This document shows positions 24,401 to 26,597 of a DNA stretch of 26,597 bases, piece by piece. Numbering within the stretch: position 1 is the stretch's first letter; each line of letters opens with the position of its first letter. Position numbers and translations under genes: made by a program. The notes beneath the pieces were generated by a model that was not told where the DNA came from, searched no databases, and saw nothing but the letters and a program-made list of their open reading frames with translations. The DNA comes from Candidatus Sulfopaludibacter sp. SbA4 (GTDB taxonomy: Bacteria; Acidobacteriota; Terriglobia; Bryobacterales; Bryobacteraceae): assembly GCA_900290305.1 (NCBI GenBank), contig OMOG01000745.1, positions 8,882-35,478 of the forward strand, given 5' to 3'.

Positions 24401-24588
24401 TCATGAACGCGATCGTCACGCCGGCCACCTTCGACCGCTACAAGTTCCAGGTATTGGGCGAGCGGTTTTTGTTGATTGATGGCGTGCTGCAAAATCTGGA
24501 TGGCGTGATCTCGGTGAAGGCCGGGCGGATCGAAGGCCTGCGCGCGGGGGCAGTGGCGGCGTCGTATTGTACAAATTATCTGTTGTAG
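21448..24588 (+). CDS. dnaE2: error-prone DNA polymerase DnaE2 (ImuC); an alternative ATG lies 12 nt upstream at 21436
   Basis: The PHP domain opening MFIELHARSAFSFLEGACVPEEL parallels M.YAELHC.SNFSFLRGAS. The pol III alpha catalytic core (GRGSAANSAVCYALRITAVDP, PDIDIDL) and an OB-fold C-terminus are present. The start was chosen by alignment of the promoter/RBS block with imuA. Confidence 0.9.
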   Translation: MFIELHARSAFSFLEGACVPEELAGACAEFGMPAMAIMDRNGVYGAPRFHMAARKAGIRAHIGSEITCTNGVCYPLLVETREGYQNLCRLVTRMKLRAKKGEGAVTLEEIAEFARGLVCITRHPDERLLDMFGRGNVYAELQRHYHREEEARNQAIVDRARRLGIPLVATNGAAYATPAQRELLDVFTCVRNHVTLADAGRLLERNSERHVKTPAEMARLFADLPEAIANTREISSRLQFTLADLGYEFPRYPVPEGHTQMSFLRQLVDEGARFRYQPYHERARRQIERELALIEKLNLPGYFLIVWDIVRFCRENDILSQGRGSAANSAVCYALRITAVDPVGMDLLFERFLSEERGEWPDIDIDLPSGDKRERAIQYVYQRFGKLGAAMTANVITYRGRSAAREVGKALGFEITTLERLSSLVRTWEWKDPKDTNERQFREAGFDLSHPRVRKFFELYRMAQDLPRHLGQHSGGMVICQGALDSVVPLEPATMPGRVVVQWDKEDCADMGIIKVDLLGLGMMAVIEDTLKLIPQTYGEEVDLAHLPPDDPAVFQALQKADTIGMFQVESRAQMSSLPRMRPQRFYDIVVQVAIIRPGPIVGKMVHPYLNRRQGREAPDCLHPSLEPVLRRTLGVPLFQEQLLRMAMIAAGFTGGQAEELRRAMGFKRSEKRMAEIEVKLREGMDRNGIRGKAQEDIVRSITAFALYGFPESHAASFALLAYASAYLKCHYLAAFTCALLNNQPMGFYAPAILIKDAQRHGLRVLPVDVARSEWECTVEGDYSTRSRRGRGEKRGEEHERTEGAESAEDPSTLRLRLGLQYARGLREEAGRAIVRARPFSSVDDLALRVPELRKDEINRLAEIGALNSLEAHRRDALWQAQRAILPVGPLLEPLEETGQPSPLSPMTTDERLSADYRGTGLTIGKHPMAYRRAEMNALKVTRAIDLERVPDGRLVRIAGSVIVRQRPGTANGFVFLSMEDETGIMNAIVTPATFDRYKFQVLGERFLLIDGVLQNLDGVISVKAGRIEGLRAGAVAASYCTNYLL

Positions 24589-24597
24589 GAGCGCTAC

Positions 24598-25776
24598 ATG
24601 CGGAACGTCACGGCAGCCCTCGCTGAAGGCCCCGATTTCTTCGATCGAATCAAGGAGATGAACAATTTTTGGCGCGACCTCGAAACCGACAACCTCCTAC
24701 TGCTCGCTCCCCGGCGAGTCGGAAAGACCGCTCTCATGCACAAAATGGCCGCTAACGCGGGGGCTTACGGCTTCAACATAATTTTCGTCGATGTTAGCGA
24801 TTGCTCCAGCGAGATGCACTTCATGCAACGGCTCTACGAGGCGATCTGCGATGCCGATGTCGACGATAACCTCTGGAATGACCTCAAGGATAGCTGGTTA
24901 GGGAAGACCGTGAAGCGGGTCCGGAAGATTGGCGGCGCTGGTTTCAGCCTGGAGTTCGATGCGGATGGCGCCGCCCGGACCCGCTTGAGCGAAGAACTGG
25001 CCGACACTCTCTCCAGACTGGAAGGCGCTTGGCTGATCCAGGTAGACGAACTTCCGGTATTCGTCCTCAAGCTCCTGAATCAAGACGCTTCGGCCGGCCG
25101 CGCCCGAGTTCGCGAATTCCTCTACTGGATGCGCCGTCTGCGCCTCCAATACACCGGCGTCCGCTGGATGTTGGCCGGCTCCATCGGACTCGATACCGTG
25201 GCTGCCCGGTTGAACATCGCCGATGCCATCAACGATCTGCACATCGTGACTCTGGGCGCTTTCGACGAGCCGACTACGGACGCACTGCTTCAGGCCCTCG
25301 CTACCGAGCACCGTGTTGATCTCAAGGGGATCGTCCGGCGGCACATTGTATCCCGTATTGGGTGGACTGCTCCTTACTACGTGCAGTTGGTTTTCCACGA
25401 ACTCCGGAGCATCGAGGGCGCTGTTACCGAAGCCGATGTTGACCGCGCCATCGAAGACTTATTGAGCCCCTATCACCGCAATGCCTTCGATTACTGGCGC
25501 CAGCGCCTGCCCGACGAACTCGGGCAAACCCACGCGGACAACGCGGTAATTCTTCTGGACCAGTGCTGCCGTGCTCCGGAAGGCGCCATGCGTTTCACCC
25601 TTAACCTTGCGCTGGCTAGAACGATCGGAGACGCTAGAATACGCGCGGAAGAGACGCGTTACCTCCTGGCTGTTCTTCAGAACGACGGCTATATAGTACA
25701 CGAAGGTGATCGTCTGCTCTTCCGGTCTCCGCTCCTGCGCGAGTACTGGCTCAGAACGGTCGCGCCCCAAGAATAA
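24598..25776 (+). CDS. P-loop ATPase of the ATPase_2/AAA (STAND-like) type, 392 aa
   Basis: AGGAG SD. Walker A reads LLLLAPRRVGKTALM and Walker B reads WLIQVDELPVF. It begins 10 nt after the dnaE2 stop. Confidence 0.7.
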   Translation: MRNVTAALAEGPDFFDRIKEMNNFWRDLETDNLLLLAPRRVGKTALMHKMAANAGAYGFNIIFVDVSDCSSEMHFMQRLYEAICDADVDDNLWNDLKDSWLGKTVKRVRKIGGAGFSLEFDADGAARTRLSEELADTLSRLEGAWLIQVDELPVFVLKLLNQDASAGRARVREFLYWMRRLRLQYTGVRWMLAGSIGLDTVAARLNIADAINDLHIVTLGAFDEPTTDALLQALATEHRVDLKGIVRRHIVSRIGWTAPYYVQLVFHELRSIEGAVTEADVDRAIEDLLSPYHRNAFDYWRQRLPDELGQTHADNAVILLDQCCRAPEGAMRFTLNLALARTIGDARIRAEETRYLLAVLQNDGYIVHEGDRLLFRSPLLREYWLRTVAPQE

Positions 25777-25781
25777 GACAA

Positions 25782-26597
25782 ATGACTCCGCCGAAAAATC
25801 CACCCCTTGCCTTCGCGCTCCACAACCCTGCGCTGCTCAAGAAAGAGGACCTGATCCGCGGGTTTGTTGCGCGCCAACGTTTGCTCGACCGGCTGCTCGA
25901 AGATCTGCGCCGCGAAGAGCCAGGCAGCACACCAGGGCATCACCTCATTATCGGCCAGAGGGGTCTCGGCAAAACCACTCTCCTGCTGCGGCTGGCCTTC
26001 GCCGTGGAAGACGACCCACGGTTGAAAGCCGCCTGGATACCGATTGTCTTCCCAGAAGAACAATACAACGTAGCCGGTTTAGCCGACTTCTGGCAAAATT
26101 GCGTGTACGCCTTGAGCGATGCGATGGACCGAGAGGGCTTCCCTGAGGCCTCACAGGCTTTGGACGCCCGCATCAAAAAGTTTCCGCCATCCGGCGCGGA
26201 CCGTTCCAGCATGGCCTTGAATCTCCTGCTCGAAGAATCCGCGCGGCAGGAGCGCCGGATTCTCCTGCTCGTCGACAACTTCGATCTCGTCCTCGATCGT
26301 TTGAAGAAAGAGGAGGAGTGGGAGTTCCGGCGCGTGATTTCGCAGGAACGCGGGCTCCATTTCATGGGAGCCTCCACCCGGGTGCTGGAAGCACTTTACG
26401 AATACAGCCGCGCCTTCTACGACTTCTTTTGCGTCCACGAGTTGAAGAGACTCGACGAAGAGGAGGCGATTTCCACGATCTTGAAACTCGCCGAACAGTC
26501 CGGTGATGTGCGCGTGGCTCAACTGGTCCGGAACCAAACCAGCCGTATCAAAGGCTTGCATATGCTCGCCGGCGGCAACCCGCGGACGCTCGTGCTC
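25782..26597 (+). CDS. second P-loop ATPase (AAA_16/STAND-like), 3'-partial at the window end
   Basis: Frame 0 is open from the ATG at 25782 to the window end (not in the ORF track because there is no stop). Walker A reads LIIGQRGLGKTTLLL and Walker B reads RRILLLVDNFD. It starts 5 nt after the upstream ATPase stop. Confidence 0.65.
   Translation, partial: MTPPKNPPLAFALHNPALLKKEDLIRGFVARQRLLDRLLEDLRREEPGSTPGHHLIIGQRGLGKTTLLLRLAFAVEDDPRLKAAWIPIVFPEEQYNVAGLADFWQNCVYALSDAMDREGFPEASQALDARIKKFPPSGADRSSMALNLLLEESARQERRILLLVDNFDLVLDRLKKEEEWEFRRVISQERGLHFMGASTRVLEALYEYSRAFYDFFCVHELKRLDEEEAISTILKLAEQSGDVRVAQLVRNQTSRIKGLHMLAGGNPRTLVL

Noticed and set aside
1-26597. CRISPR arrays, integrase/transposase genes, IS termini, and canonical LexA boxes at the imuA and dnaE2 promoters
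   Set aside because: No regularly spaced direct repeats with unique spacers were found. No ORF has recombinase or transposase motifs. Only the non-canonical CTGTA-N9-TACAG is found near dnaE2.

Overview
High-GC (~65%) chromosomal window, most consistent with an Acidobacteria genome of the Solibacter type. The evidence is a giant secreted NHL-repeat protein with a Solibacter-style C-terminal beta domain, Tat-signal hydrolases, and dense antisense pseudo-ORFs. The backbone is: a 5'-partial TPR protein, tRNA-Met(CAT), hfq-hflX, a dksA operon, an orphan MNT nucleotidyltransferase, a flotillin-like SPFH protein, the NHL giant, a GNAT, a Tat-amidase divergent from a class-A beta-lactamase-like protein, and an SOS-type mutagenesis cassette imuA-imuB...dnaE2. 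The cassette is split between imuB and dnaE2 by a ~3.3 kb lower-GC islet. The islet carries a translationally coupled HipA-like kinase + DUF3037 pair, a PrlF-YhaV toxin-antitoxin pair with a palindromic operator, and a convergent MazF/PemK-like pair. dnaE2 is preceded by a near-duplicate of the imuA promoter, including a GGCGAAWA-N3-GGCGAAWA direct repeat that abuts the start codon in both genes. dnaE2 is followed at 10 nt by two tandem P-loop (STAND/AAA-like) ATPases. Further candidates for novelty: (1) a strongly SD-driven 26-codon lysine-rich micropeptide gene upstream of a stand-alone C39-like cysteine peptidase and an ATGA-coupled unknown protein; (2) a 22-nt REP-like palindrome present as a tandem pair downstream of the dksA operon and as an in-frame copy inside imuB; (3) a 53-nt conserved element with trailing GC hairpins in two direct copies flanking a 3.5 kb segment; (4) a ~900 nt structured non-coding region with twin identical-stem terminators upstream of the flotillin-like gene. 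No CRISPR, integrase or transposase was seen.
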